Origin: Gammaproteobacteria bacterium
GTDB taxonomy: Bacteria > Pseudomonadota > Gammaproteobacteria > SZUA-140
NCBI GenBank assembly: GCA_015492435.1
Contig: WGFB01000009.1
Location: forward strand, 1 to 63,429
DNA: 63,429 nucleotides
Direction: 5' to 3'
A program made the position numbers and the translations under genes. Under the pieces are notes generated by a model, which was not told where the DNA came from, searched no databases, and worked only from the letters and a program-made list of their open reading frames with translations. Shown here in pieces: positions 20,872 to 32,030 of this stretch; the first letter of the stretch is position 1, and the number at the start of each line of letters is the position of its first letter.

Positions 20872-22523
20872 TCCGTCCCGCGCAACTGTTGCGGTTGCTG
20901 AAGATCAACCGCACCCTGGTCAAGCACGGCCTCGACGAGATCGTCTTCGCCACCCACCTGTTCCGCCCGGTGCGCTTCCTGCTCTACCTCGCCCCCTGGA
21001 ACTGGCGGCGCCAGGAGCGGGAACCGCGCGCCGTGCGCATCCGCCGCACCCTGGAGGACCTGGGGCCCATCTTCGTCAAGTTCGGACAGATCCTCTCCAC
21101 GCGGCGCGACCTGCTGCCGGAAGACATCGCCGACGAACTGGCGCGCCTGCAGGACGCCGTGCCGCCCTTTCCCGGCCACATCGCCCGCCAGATGGTGGAA
21201 CAGTCCCTGGGCGACAGCGTGGACGACATGTTCGCAAGCTTCGACGAAACCCCCATGGCCTCCGCCTCCATCGCCCAGGTGCACGCGGCGCGCCTCAAGG
21301 ACGGGCGGGAGGTGATCGTCAAGGTGGTGCGGCCGGGCATCGCCGATGTCATCCGCCGCGACGTGGGCCTGCTCTACATCATCGCCGACCTGGCCGAGCG
21401 CTACTGGTCCGAGGGCCACCGCCTGCGTCCCCGCGAGGTGATCCAGGAATACGAAAAAACCATCTTCGACGAACTGGACCTGGTGCGCGAGGCCGCCAAC
21501 GCCTCCCAGTTGCGGCGCAACTTCTCCGGTTCCGGGCTTCTCTACGTCCCGGAGGTCTACTGGCCCTACACGCGCAAGAACGTCATGGTCATGGAGCGCA
21601 TCAGCGGCACGCCCATCGGCAACGTGGACGAGCTGCGCGCCCAGGGCATCGACATGAAACAGCTCTCGGAACGGGGCGTGGAGATCTTCTTCACCCAGGT
21701 GTTCCGCCACAATTTCTTTCATGCCGACATGCATCCCGGCAACATCTTCGTCTCGCCCGGGGGCCAGTACATCGCCGTGGACTTCGGCATCATGGGCACC
21801 CTCAGCCCCGAGGACCAGCGCTACCTGGCGGAGAACTTCCTCGCCTTCTTCAACCGCGACTACCACCGCGTGGCAGAGCTGCACGTGCAGTCCCGCTGGG
21901 TGCCCGAAAACACCCGCGTCGACGAATTCGAGAGCGCCATCCGCAGCGTGTGCGAGCCCATTTTCGAGCGCCCCCTCAAGGATATCTCCTTCGGGCGCCT
22001 GCTCTTGCACCTGTTTCAGACGGCGCGCCGCTTCAACATGGTGGTCCAGCCCCAGTTGATCCTGCTGCAGAAGACACTGCTCAATATCGAGGGCCTGGGA
22101 CGCCAGCTCTATCCCGACCTGGACCTGTGGCAGACGGCCAAGCCCTTCCTGGAACGCTGGACCACCGACCATGTGGGGCCCAAGGCCTTCGTCAAGGCCC
22201 TCTACAAGACCAGCCCCCAGGTGCTGGAAAAACTGCCCCACATGCCGCTGCTGCTGAACGAGGCACTGGAGAAGATCCACGAGGGCAGGCTGGCCGTGGA
22301 ATTCAAGTCCCGGGAACTGGAGGCGGTGCGCGCCGAGATCCACAAGGCCAACCGCCGCACCTACGGCGCCATCGGCGGCGCCGCGCTGCTCATCACGGCA
22401 ACCGTGGTCAGCAGCTGGAACATGGCAGGGGGCTTCTCGCTGGGCGCCGTTCCCCTGCTGGGATGGCTGCTGGGCGGCGCCGGCGCCTTCTTGCTCTTCA
22501 GCGCCCGGCCCGGCAATCACTGA
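20868..22523 (+). CDS. ubiB: Ubiquinone biosynthesis kinase-like protein
   Basis: [39 protein letters not shown]. Confidence 0.95.
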   Translation: MIRPAQLLRLLKINRTLVKHGLDEIVFATHLFRPVRFLLYLAPWNWRRQEREPRAVRIRRTLEDLGPIFVKFGQILSTRRDLLPEDIADELARLQDAVPPFPGHIARQMVEQSLGDSVDDMFASFDETPMASASIAQVHAARLKDGREVIVKVVRPGIADVIRRDVGLLYIIADLAERYWSEGHRLRPREVIQEYEKTIFDELDLVREAANASQLRRNFSGSGLLYVPEVYWPYTRKNVMVMERISGTPIGNVDELRAQGIDMKQLSERGVEIFFTQVFRHNFFHADMHPGNIFVSPGGQYIAVDFGIMGTLSPEDQRYLAENFLAFFNRDYHRVAELHVQSRWVPENTRVDEFESAIRSVCEPIFERPLKDISFGRLLLHLFQTARRFNMVVQPQLILLQKTLLNIEGLGRQLYPDLDLWQTAKPFLERWTTDHVGPKAFVKALYKTSPQVLEKLPHMPLLLNEALEKIHEGRLAVEFKSRELEAVRAEIHKANRRTYGAIGGAALLITATVVSSWNMAGGFSLGAVPLLGWLLGGAGAFLLFSARPGNH

Positions 22524-22631
22524 AGGCTGGCCGTAGCCGTTGAGCTGATCACAGCGAAACCCGGCGGATTCCCGGATGCCGGGTTACAACCCGGCCCGTA
22601 TGCCAATTCAGAATCGAAGTGAACGGAAAAA

Positions 22632-23312
<681 letters not shown>

Positions 23313-24332
23313 TCAGGCTCCAAAGGTCTCTTCCCGGGGGTGGCGGGACAGCAGGTCGTCCACGGCCTGGCGTGGCGGTTTTCCTTCGTGGAGCACCTGG
23401 TAGACCTGCTCGGTGATGGGCATGGCGATGCCATGGCGGCGCGCCAGGCCCATGGTTTCCACGGCGCTCTGGATGCCTTCCACGGCCTGGCCGATCTCAT
23501 CAACAGCCTCCCGCAAAGCCTTGCCACCGGCGAGGGCGAGCCCCAGGCGGCGGTTGCGGGACTGGTCGTCGGTGCAGGTCAGTACCAGGTCGCCCAGCCC
23601 CGCCAGCCCCATGAAGGTCTCACGCCTTGCCCCCAGGGCTACGCCGAGACGGGTCATTTCCACCAGGCCGCGGGTGACCAGGGCGGCGCGGGTATTGGCC
23701 CCGAAGCCCAGGCCGTCGGCGATGCCGGCCGCGATGGCGTGGACGTTCTTGATGGCGCCGCCCACCTCCAGGCCGATCATGTCCTGGGAGGTGTATACCC
23801 GGAAACGCGCATTGTGCAGGTATCTCACCAGGTCATGGGCGAATTCCCTGTCGCTGGCCGCGGCGGCGATGGCGGTGGGCAACGCCCGCGCCACTTCATG
23901 GGCGAAGGTGGGACCCGAGATGACCGCCTGGGGTGTGCCTCGCCCCAGGACCTCGGAGACGATTTCGTGCAGCAGCTTGCCCGTTCCAGGCTCCATGCCC
24001 TTGCTGGCCCAGGCCAGGCGGATGTCGCCCGGGGCCGTCTCGGCAACAAGCCGCAGGGTGTCGCGGAAACCGGCGCAGGGCACGGCCAGGAGGATGTCGC
24101 GCACGCCGTCCAATGCCTCTTCCAGCGTGACACAGGCCCGCAGGCTTTCGGGAAAGTCGATGTCCGGCAGGAATTGCGCATTGCAGCGCTCGCGAACCAG
24201 GCGCTCCATGTGAGGGGCCTCGTGCCCCCATAGCCTCGCCTGGACCCCGTTGCGCGCCAGCAGCACCGCCAGCGCCGTGCCCCACGCGCCGGCGCCCAGC
24301 ACGGCAAGGGATTCGGTTTGCGGCGTTGTCAT
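23313..24332 (-). CDS. gpsA: NAD(P)H-dependent glycerol-3-phosphate dehydrogenase
   Basis: GAGAWGTALA, SGPTFA, KNV.AIAAG, GLAGLGDLVLTCTD..SRN; follows secB. Confidence 0.95.
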   Translation of the reverse strand: MTTPQTESLAVLGAGAWGTALAVLLARNGVQARLWGHEAPHMERLVRERCNAQFLPDIDFPESLRACVTLEEALDGVRDILLAVPCAGFRDTLRLVAETAPGDIRLAWASKGMEPGTGKLLHEIVSEVLGRGTPQAVISGPTFAHEVARALPTAIAAAASDREFAHDLVRYLHNARFRVYTSQDMIGLEVGGAIKNVHAIAAGIADGLGFGANTRAALVTRGLVEMTRLGVALGARRETFMGLAGLGDLVLTCTDDQSRNRRLGLALAGGKALREAVDEIGQAVEGIQSAVETMGLARRHGIAMPITEQVYQVLHEGKPPRQAVDDLLSRHPREETFGA

Positions 24333-24368
24333 GACGATCCGGTCGCGGCGCCTATGTGATCCGGCGCC

Positions 24369-24851
24369 TCAGTGCTTGGCCTCGCCCGCCGCGGCCTGCT
24401 GCTGTTTCTGTTGCGCCTGACCTTCATAGATGGCGTCGAAATCCACGGGCGTTAGCAGAAAGCCCGGAAATCCCCCCTTGTGCAGCAGATCGTCCACGGT
24501 CTGGCGCAGATAGGGAAACAGGTTGGCGGGACAGAAGGTTCCCAGAAAGCGGGGAATGTCCTCCTCGGGGATGCCGGAGGTTTCGAAGATGCCGGCCTGG
24601 TGCACTTCGATGAGATAGGCGGTCTTGTCTCCCAGCTTGGTGGTGATGGTGATGCTGAGCACCACCTCGTAGGCGTTGTTGCCCAGCGAGGTACCCGAAT
24701 TGGATAACTGGATATTCACCTCCGGCTTCCAGTTCTCCGAGAAAATCTGGGGCGTATTGGGCGCTTCGAAGGAGCTGTCCTTCAAGTAGACCTTCCGGAT
24801 CAGGACCGGCGGTTGCTCCGGCTGGGTATTGGCTGCATTCGTTTCTGACAT
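24369..24851 (-). CDS. secB: Protein-export chaperone SecB
   Basis: YLKDSSFEAPNTP, EV.QAGIF, CPANLFPY, PVDFDAIY. Confidence 0.93.
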   Translation of the reverse strand: MSETNAANTQPEQPPVLIRKVYLKDSSFEAPNTPQIFSENWKPEVNIQLSNSGTSLGNNAYEVVLSITITTKLGDKTAYLIEVHQAGIFETSGIPEEDIPRFLGTFCPANLFPYLRQTVDDLLHKGGFPGFLLTPVDFDAIYEGQAQQKQQQAAAGEAKH

Positions 24852-24997
24852 GTATGGTTTACCTTGCAATTGCGTCTTCGGGAATCCCGGCCAGTCTCCG
24901 GGGCGGCGCGCCCCGCCCCGCGGTCACCGCGGCCGCGTGGGCTATTCTTGCATTGCCCCAAGGAAAAGTCGAGTTGAGGGAGCCTGGGGCCGCCCTC

Positions 24998-25447
24998 TCA
25001 GTCCTCGCTATCCGTGTCCCCGTCTCCGGAAGGGGAGGTGACCACGGGCAGGTTGGCGCCCTGCCAGGCCAGCATGCCGCCATTCATCTTGTAGACGCCG
25101 GTGAAGCCGTTCTTGGCCAGGAGGGATGCGGCCTTGGCGGAGCGCTGTCCGGTGCGGCAGTAGACGATGACCTTGTCCTGCTTGTGGGGTTCCAGTTCTC
25201 CCAGCCGCGCCTCCATCTGATCATGGGGGATATTGAGGGCATTAAGAATGTGTCCCTGGGAAAACTCCTCGGGGGACCGGGTATCGATGACGACGGGATC
25301 GTCGCGGCTCATGATCTGCACGGCCTCGGCCGTCTTGATTTCATTGAAACCCAGCAGCCTGCCGCGTGCCGAGTTCATCAGCAGGAGTATAATGATGAAC
25401 ACCAGGGCCAGAAACAACGGCCAGTTTTCCAAGATGAACGTACCCAT
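24998..25447 (-). CDS. Rhodanese-like domain protein (YibN type) with N-terminal anchor
   Basis: N-terminal TM; DTRS..EF..GHI..A, VYCRTG active-site loop, GG..AW; start at ATG 25447. Confidence 0.88.
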   Translation of the reverse strand: MGTFILENWPLFLALVFIIILLLMNSARGRLLGFNEIKTAEAVQIMSRDDPVVIDTRSPEEFSQGHILNALNIPHDQMEARLGELEPHKQDKVIVYCRTGQRSAKAASLLAKNGFTGVYKMNGGMLAWQGANLPVVTSPSGDGDTDSED

Positions 25448-25530
25448 TGCGCTGTAATCCTCTTCCCCCGTCTTGAATTGATGAAGGCAAGTATACCTGA
25501 CAGTTGCGTATTTTGGTGCAAGATGCAGCA

Positions 25531-25693
25531 AACACCTCGTTTCATACGCCCTGCCGCGCGTGACGGTCCAAGCGTCGGCGTCACACCAGGCCACAAGGAA
25601 AGTACAAGATACAAAAAGCTGCTTCCGTTGTATCTTGTACCTTACATCTTGTGCCTTTCACAATCCCAGCATCCAATTTTTTGCAATGACTGC
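25531..25693 (+). repeat. Composite repeat family C, copy 3
   Basis: AACACCTCGTTTCATACGCCCT + GTGACGG..GCGTCGGCGTCACACCAGG + heptamer hairpin + TTTCACAATCCCA-N12-TTGCAATGACTG. Confidence 0.85.
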
Positions 25694-25807
25694 ATACTCA
25701 GCCCGGCCCGATTGGAACACCCTTTCCCGCCCGAGGTTATACTTTTGCGCCGGGAAGCATTATCATGGCAGCCATTTTCGGCAGCCTGAGAAAAAACTGA
25801 CATACTC

Positions 25808-27373
25808 ATGAGTTCCAACACGCCACATATACCCTTCAAGCCTTTGCTGCTGGTGGTCCTGGACGGCTGGGGATACAGCGAGAATCCCCGTTGCAACGCC
25901 ATCCTCTCGGCCAGCACGCCTAACTGGGACCAACTGTGGGAGGACCATGCCCACACCCTGATCGAAGGCTCGGGCATGCAGGTCGGCCTGCCCGAGCGGC
26001 AGATGGGCAATTCGGAAGTAGGGCACCTCAATCTTGGCGCCGGGCGCGTGGTCTACCAGGAGTTCACGCGCATAGATAAGGCCATCACCGACGATGAATT
26101 CGACCACAATACCGTGCTGCTGAATGCCGTGCGGCAGGCAGTGGCAACGGACAAGGCGGTTCATGTCATGGGGCTGCTCTCCCCGGGCGGCGTGCACAGC
26201 CATGAGCAGCAGATCCACGCCATGCTCCGCCTGGCCGTGGCTCAGGGCGCTCAGAAGGTGTACCTGCACGCCTTCCTCGATGGCCGCGACACGCCTCCCC
26301 AGAGCGCGGCGCCCTCCCTGCAGGCGGCCGAGGAATTGTTCTCGCGGCTGGGAGCGGGCCGGGTGGCTTCGGTGGTGGGACGCTATTATGCCATGGACCG
26401 CGACAGGCGCTGGGAGCGCGTGAAAATGGCCTACGATCTCATCTGCCATGGCAAGGCGGAGTATCAGGCGCCCGATGCGGTAAACGCCGTGGAACAGGCC
26501 TACGGGCGCGGCGAGACGGACGAGTTCGTGAAGGCCACGGCCATCGTGCCCGAAGGCGCGCGCCCCGTGCGGGTGGAGGATGGCGATGTGGTGATCTTCA
26601 TGAATTTCCGTGCCGACCGCGCCCGGGAGTTGTCCCACGCTTTCGTGGACGAACGTTTCGCGGACTTCGAGCGCGGCGCGCGTCCCCGGCCGGGCTGTTT
26701 TGTCAGCCTGACGGAATACAGCAAGGACCTGGATGTCCCCGTCGCCTTTCCCCCCACCCGGCTGCGCAATGTCTTTGGCGAGTATATCTCCCGGCTGGGG
26801 TTGCGGCAGTTGCGGGTGGCGGAAACCGAGAAATATGCCCATGTGACCTTTTTCTTCAACGGCGGTCAGGAAGCGCCGTTTCCCGGCGAGGAGCGCATCC
26901 TGATTCCCTCGCCCAAAGTGGCCACCTATGACCAGAAGCCGGAAATGAGCGCCGTGGAAGTCACGGACACCCTGTTGTCCGCCATCAGCGGAGGAGAACA
27001 CGAAGTCATCATCTGCAATTACGCCAATCCCGACATGGTGGGGCATACGGGGCAGTTCGACGCGGCCGTCAAGGCGATCGAGACCATCGATGGCTGCCTG
27101 GGCCGTCTCCGCGAGGCGGTGGACAAGGCCGGGGGCGAAATGATCATCACCGCCGATCATGGCAATGCCGAGCAGATGTGTGATCCCGCCACGGGCAAGC
27201 CGCACACGGCCCATACCTCCAATCCCGTGCCGCTGATCTACGTGGGGCGGCCGGCCACGCTGCGCGGCGGGGGCGCCCTCTCCGATGTGGCGCCCACCAT
27301 GCTGGATCTGCTGGGCCTGGACAAGCCGGCGGAAATGGAAGGCGAATCCCTGGTTACCCTGCGGGACGCCTGA
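25808..27373 (+). CDS. gpmI: 2,3-bisphosphoglycerate-independent phosphoglycerate mutase
   Basis: [38 protein letters not shown]. Confidence 0.97.
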   Translation: MSSNTPHIPFKPLLLVVLDGWGYSENPRCNAILSASTPNWDQLWEDHAHTLIEGSGMQVGLPERQMGNSEVGHLNLGAGRVVYQEFTRIDKAITDDEFDHNTVLLNAVRQAVATDKAVHVMGLLSPGGVHSHEQQIHAMLRLAVAQGAQKVYLHAFLDGRDTPPQSAAPSLQAAEELFSRLGAGRVASVVGRYYAMDRDRRWERVKMAYDLICHGKAEYQAPDAVNAVEQAYGRGETDEFVKATAIVPEGARPVRVEDGDVVIFMNFRADRARELSHAFVDERFADFERGARPRPGCFVSLTEYSKDLDVPVAFPPTRLRNVFGEYISRLGLRQLRVAETEKYAHVTFFFNGGQEAPFPGEERILIPSPKVATYDQKPEMSAVEVTDTLLSAISGGEHEVIICNYANPDMVGHTGQFDAAVKAIETIDGCLGRLREAVDKAGGEMIITADHGNAEQMCDPATGKPHTAHTSNPVPLIYVGRPATLRGGGALSDVAPTMLDLLGLDKPAEMEGESLVTLRDA

Positions 27374-27391
27374 AACCCGGATGCCAAGGCT

Positions 27392-28585
27392 GTGAGGCGT
27401 GATGTGCTGAGCGCCGCCTTTGCGAGGAAAGGGGGTTTATTCCTGGCATTGGTGCTGGTGATCAGTCCGGTGCCACCTGTGTCCGCCGGGGAGGACGGCG
27501 CCGCCCGGGAAAAGGCCGCCCAGCTCCAGGGCTTGCGCGAGAAAATCCGTCAATTGCAGGCCTCCCTGGATAAGACCCGTGATCGCCAGCAGGCCCTGCG
27601 TCAGGCGCTGAAAGCCGCCGAGAAGGAGATCGGGCGCCTCAGCCGCGCCTTGAGAAAAACCCGGGCGGACTTGCGCCTCAAGCAGCAAGAGCTGACGCGC
27701 TTGCAGCAACACCACCAGGAACAGCAGGAAGCCTTGGCCCGGCAGCGCGAGGCCCTGAGGCAGCAGATCCTGGCCAGTTACGCCATGGGCCGGCAGGGGT
27801 ATCTGAAAATCATCCTCAACCAGCAGGACCCGGCGCGGATCGGCCGCACCCTGGCCTATTTTGATTATTTCAATCGCGCGCGCGCCAGGCAGATCGAGGA
27901 GATACAACGCAGCCTGAAGGCAATCGACACGCTGGAAACGCGCATCACGCGCGAGACGGAGGGCTTGCAGAACCTCCTCGGCCAGCAGGAGTCCCAGGTA
28001 AGGGAAAAGGAGCGCCAGCGCGGCCGGCGCCAGGAGGTGCTGGCCAGGCTGGAGCGGGAAATACAGACCAAGGAGCAGCGCCTGCAAGCCTTAATCCAGG
28101 ACGAAAAGGCGCTGGCCAGCCTGGTGAATCAACTCCAGAGCGTATTGACCGATATACCTCCTGATACAAGTGAGGGGCGGCCCTTTCCCGCCGCCAAGGG
28201 GCGTCTGATATGGCCGGTCAGTGGAAAAATCGCTGCCCGTTTTGGCAGCCGGCGCAACAATACCGGGAAATTGCGCTGGCAGGGTATCGTCATCCGCGCG
28301 GGGGAAGGCGAGGAAGTGCGCAGTGTCCATGCCGGACGGGTGGCCTACGCCGACTGGTTGCGCGGTTTCGGCCTGCTGGTCATCATCGACCATGGCGATG
28401 GCTACATGAGCCTGTATGCCCACAACCAGAGCCTGTACAAGAGCGTGGGCGAGTGGGTGTCGCGGGGTGAAGTCATCGCCACGGTGGGCAACAGCGGGGG
28501 CCGCGCCAACCCCGGGCTGTATTTCGAGATCCGCCACAACGGCAAGCCCGCCAACCCCCTTAAATGGTTGCAGGCGCGCCGTTAA
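27392..28585 (+). CDS. envC: Murein hydrolase activator (coiled coil + M23-like domain)
   Basis: Long coiled coil; C-terminal W.GI.I...GLLVIIDHG..SLYAHN...LYFEIR. Confidence 0.9.
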   Translation: MRRDVLSAAFARKGGLFLALVLVISPVPPVSAGEDGAAREKAAQLQGLREKIRQLQASLDKTRDRQQALRQALKAAEKEIGRLSRALRKTRADLRLKQQELTRLQQHHQEQQEALARQREALRQQILASYAMGRQGYLKIILNQQDPARIGRTLAYFDYFNRARARQIEEIQRSLKAIDTLETRITRETEGLQNLLGQQESQVREKERQRGRRQEVLARLEREIQTKEQRLQALIQDEKALASLVNQLQSVLTDIPPDTSEGRPFPAAKGRLIWPVSGKIAARFGSRRNNTGKLRWQGIVIRAGEGEEVRSVHAGRVAYADWLRGFGLLVIIDHGDGYMSLYAHNQSLYKSVGEWVSRGEVIATVGNSGGRANPGLYFEIRHNGKPANPLKWLQARR

Positions 28586-28840
28586 CCCGCATTGTTACCC
28601 GCATTTCTCACCAGGATGGCGGGTTCTATGGCCTTGAAAGAACGGCTTTTTAGATGCGCCGGGGCCATTTCTGGTAAAGTATGGCACTGACAGGTGCTGT
28701 TATGTTCAATTTCTTCGGAGGCCGGAGGAAAACGCATGGAATAATAGCGGGTTACCAGATACAGGAGTGTAACAGACCCCGCGTGAACCACCGCAGCCTT
28801 CCCGGGTCCGCAGCAGCGGAGCCGCATTCATGGAGACAAT

Positions 28841-30172
28841 ATGAAGTCAAAGACCCGTAATTTCTTGATCCTCAGCCTCGGGCTGACCCTGGGCGTCACC
28901 TTGTCCCTGGGATTCAGTGTTTTCGCCGACCGCGACAATGCCGATTTTGGCCCCCTGCCGCTGCAGGAACTGCGCACCTTTTCGGATATCTTTGCCAACA
29001 TCAAGAGCAACTATGTCGAGCCTGTTGAAGACAAAGACCTGCTCGAGAACGCCATTCGTGGCATGCTGTCCGGACTGGATCCCCACTCCGCCTATCTGGA
29101 TCCCGATGACTACAAGGAACTGCAGGTGGGCACCACCGGCGAATTCGGTGGCCTGGGCATCGAGGTGGGTATGGAGGATGGTTTCGTCAAGGTCATCGCG
29201 CCCATCGACGACACGCCTGCGCAACGCGCCGGAATCGTGGCGGGCGACCTGATCATCCGTCTCGATGACACGCCGGTCAAGGGGCTCACCCTCAGGGATG
29301 CGGTGGAGATCATGCGCGGCGAGCCCGATACGGACATCGTCCTCACCATCGTGCGCGAGGGCCTGGACAAACCCCTCAAGATCAAGATCACCCGCGCCAT
29401 CATCAAGGTGACCAGCGTCAAGCACCGCCTGCTGGATCCGGGTTTTGGCTACGTGCGCATTACCCAGTTTCAGTCCAACACCTCCGAAAACCTGCTGGAC
29501 GCCATCGACAAACTGAGGAAGGAAAACGACGGTCCCCTGCAGGGCCTGGTGCTGGATCTGCGCAACAATCCCGGCGGTGTGCTGAGCGCCGCCGTGGATG
29601 TGGCGGATGCCTTTCTGGAAAAGGGCCTGATCGTCTATACCAAGGGCCGCGCATCGGATTCCGAGGTGGAGTTCAAGGCCACGCCCAAGGACGTGCTGGA
29701 CAAGGCGCCCATGGTGGTTCTGATCAACGTCGGTTCCGCTTCGGCTTCCGAGATTGTCGCCGGCGCGCTACAGGATCACCACCGCGCGATCATCATGGGC
29801 AACAAGTCCTTCGGCAAGGGGTCCGTGCAGACCGTGCTGCCCATGAAGAACGGCGCCGCGCTCAAGCTGACCACGGCGCGCTACTATACTCCTTCCGGCC
29901 GCTCCATCCAGGCCGAAGGTATCGTCCCGGACATCAAGCTGGAACGCGTCAAGGTCACCGCGCTGGAGCAGAATGAATTCACGCCTGTCAAGGAAGCTGA
30001 CCTGGCCCGTCACCTGGAGAACGGTGACGGAAAGAAGGGAGAAGGGGATGCCCAGGATGAACAGCAGACGGATGAAGAAAGGCGCGCGCAATTGCTGAAC
30101 GAAGACTATCAGCTCTATGAGGCGCTGAATCTGCTCAAGGGCATTCAGATTCTGCAAAAACACGGATCGTAA
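28841..30172 (+). CDS. ctpA: Carboxyl-terminal processing protease (S41, PDZ)
   Basis: LDPHS, FGGLGIEV, DLRNNPGG, SASASEIVAGALQD, FGKGSVQ. Confidence 0.92.
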   Translation: MKSKTRNFLILSLGLTLGVTLSLGFSVFADRDNADFGPLPLQELRTFSDIFANIKSNYVEPVEDKDLLENAIRGMLSGLDPHSAYLDPDDYKELQVGTTGEFGGLGIEVGMEDGFVKVIAPIDDTPAQRAGIVAGDLIIRLDDTPVKGLTLRDAVEIMRGEPDTDIVLTIVREGLDKPLKIKITRAIIKVTSVKHRLLDPGFGYVRITQFQSNTSENLLDAIDKLRKENDGPLQGLVLDLRNNPGGVLSAAVDVADAFLEKGLIVYTKGRASDSEVEFKATPKDVLDKAPMVVLINVGSASASEIVAGALQDHHRAIIMGNKSFGKGSVQTVLPMKNGAALKLTTARYYTPSGRSIQAEGIVPDIKLERVKVTALEQNEFTPVKEADLARHLENGDGKKGEGDAQDEQQTDEERRAQLLNEDYQLYEALNLLKGIQILQKHGS

Positions 30173-30176
30173 CCAA

Positions 30177-30210
30177 GGAACCCCTGATTCCAGAATTGAT
30201 CAGGGATTCC
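30177..30210. mobile_element. 34-bp internally deleted derivative of MITE family A
   Basis: GGAACCCCTGAT-TCCAGAATTGATCAGGGATTCC = two degenerate family-A ends joined; flanks CCAA / ATAA. Confidence 0.6.
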
Positions 30211-30220
30211 ATAACGTCAA

Positions 30221-30251
30221 CGTCACCCCGCGTCGTCCACGCGGGGTGACG
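30221..30251. terminator. 13-bp-stem hairpin downstream of ctpA, possible terminator
   Basis: CGTCACCCCGCGT-N5-ACGCGGGGTGACG; only a weak U-tract follows. Confidence 0.45.
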
Positions 30252-30390
30252 CATCTTTCCCCGATAAATCATTACCGTATATTTTCTCCATTTCCCGCTT
30301 GTCTTTTCCCATGCGTGCGGGTATTCTCTTGCGCTAATGCCGTCATGGCAGCCATGATGGCCGTACAAAATAGACGAGATTATCGATTAC

Positions 30391-31233
30391 ATGATCGCAC
30401 GCTGGGTCGTCTGTTTTATGACGATAGTGTTAGCATGCCAGGCCCAGGCAGAAGATCGTTCCCCCCCGAATTACCTCACCACCCTCGACAGGCCGGCCAT
30501 CAGCATCATCATCGACGACATGGGCGAGCGCCATGCGCTGGGGCTCCATGCCGTGCGGATACCCGCGAGACTGACATATTCTTTTCTTCCCCACTCGCCC
30601 TATGCGCGGAGCCTGGCCACTCTCGCCCACCGCCTGGGCAAGGAGGTCATGCTGCATATCCCCATGGAAACCCAGGACCGCCGCCGCCTCGGGCATGGGG
30701 GTTTGCGGCCGGGCATGACGCGCCAGGATTTCATCGTCAGCATACTCAACGGGCTGGGTTCGGTGCCCTATGTGCGTGGCATCAACAATCACATGGGCAG
30801 CCTCCTGACCCAGGACCCCACGGCCATGAGCTGGCTGATGGAGGAAATCGCGCGCCAGGGGAATTTGTATTTCGTGGACAGCCGCACCACGCGCTACACC
30901 GTGGCCCAACAGGTAGCCAATGAATTCCGTGTCCCGGGCATCAGCCGCAATGTTTTCCTGGACAACGTGCTCGATCCGCGCGCCATTGAGCGGGAATTCC
31001 GCCGCCTGCTGACCATTGCCCGCCGGGAGGGGGTCGCGCTCGCCATCGGGCATCCTCACCCGCAGACCCTGGCCTTTCTCGACGAGGCCCTGCCCCTGCT
31101 GGAGGAGCGTGGCATCGTGCTGCTGCCCGTCTCGGAATTGATCGAACGGGCGCAATGGTTGAAGGGACACCGCCCCGCGCCCCTGCTGGTCAAGCGCTCG
31201 CTTGAAACCGGTGTGGCGAATATCGAGAATTAG
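30391..31233 (+). CDS. Divergent polysaccharide deacetylase (YibQ family)
   Basis: IIIDDMG, LHIPME, GINNHMGS, FVDSRT, RNVFLDN, AIGHP; envC-ctpA synteny. Confidence 0.92.
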   Translation: MIARWVVCFMTIVLACQAQAEDRSPPNYLTTLDRPAISIIIDDMGERHALGLHAVRIPARLTYSFLPHSPYARSLATLAHRLGKEVMLHIPMETQDRRRLGHGGLRPGMTRQDFIVSILNGLGSVPYVRGINNHMGSLLTQDPTAMSWLMEEIARQGNLYFVDSRTTRYTVAQQVANEFRVPGISRNVFLDNVLDPRAIEREFRRLLTIARREGVALAIGHPHPQTLAFLDEALPLLEERGIVLLPVSELIERAQWLKGHRPAPLLVKRSLETGVANIEN

Positions 31234-31303
31234 CCAAAGTCCTCCGGCCATCGCCCGCCTGGCAGGCTGGAGACCCGATTCCGATCATTGAAGGAGGCGC
31301 TCC

Positions 31304-31852
31304 ATGAAGGTACTCATTCCCCTGGCCCAAGGCTGTGAAGAACTTGAGGCCGTCACCCTTATCGATCTGCTGAGACGCGCAAATATCGAGGTCATCACCG
31401 CCGGCCTGGAGAGCGGCCCGGTGCATGCCAGCCGCGGTACGGTACTGATGCCGGATACGACCCTCGACGAGGCGCTGGGCGGCGAATACGATATGGTGGT
31501 TCTGCCGGGCGGACTGCCGGGCGCGGACCATCTCGACAACGATGGACGTATCCACGAGCTGCTGCGGGACATGTCGGCCAAGGACCGTTTCACGGCCGCC
31601 ATCTGCGCGGCGCCCAAGGTGCTTGCCCATGCCGGCCTGCTGCGGGGACGGCGCGCCACGGCCTATCCCGGCGTGCTGGAGAGCCTGGATCCGGGGAACA
31701 TCACCTTGCAGAGCGACGCCGTGGTTGTGGACGGCAAGGTGATCACGTCACGCGGGCCGGGTACCGCCATGGATTTCGCCCTGACACTGATTGAGCTGCT
31801 GGCGGGAACCGCGACCCGCAACGAGGTTGAGGCCGCCCTGACGCGCTCCTGA
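31304..31852 (+). CDS. DJ-1/PfpI (ThiJ/YajL) family protein
   Basis: GCEELEAV, LPGG.PGA, AAICAAP nucleophile Cys, ITSRGPGTA. Confidence 0.92.
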   Translation: MKVLIPLAQGCEELEAVTLIDLLRRANIEVITAGLESGPVHASRGTVLMPDTTLDEALGGEYDMVVLPGGLPGADHLDNDGRIHELLRDMSAKDRFTAAICAAPKVLAHAGLLRGRRATAYPGVLESLDPGNITLQSDAVVVDGKVITSRGPGTAMDFALTLIELLAGTATRNEVEAALTRS

Positions 31853-31995
31853 GCGCGCGTCAGGGCCCATGGTACAACAGGCTCTTCCCATTACCATGTA
31901 ATCTTGTTCCTTGTATTTTTCCACCCTGAATCCAAGATCCGCCACCCTCTGCCCAAGCGGCTTTTTGCGATGATGGCACAGACTCCCGGCACGGT

Positions 31996-32024
31996 TTTAC
32001 CGTCCCTGGAAAATGGCGCATAAT
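31996..32024 (+). promoter_or_regulatory. Candidate sigma-70 promoter giving a leaderless transcript
   Basis: TTTACC-N17-CATAAT, 6 nt before ATG 32031. Confidence 0.45.
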
Positions 32025-32030
32025 GCCTCC

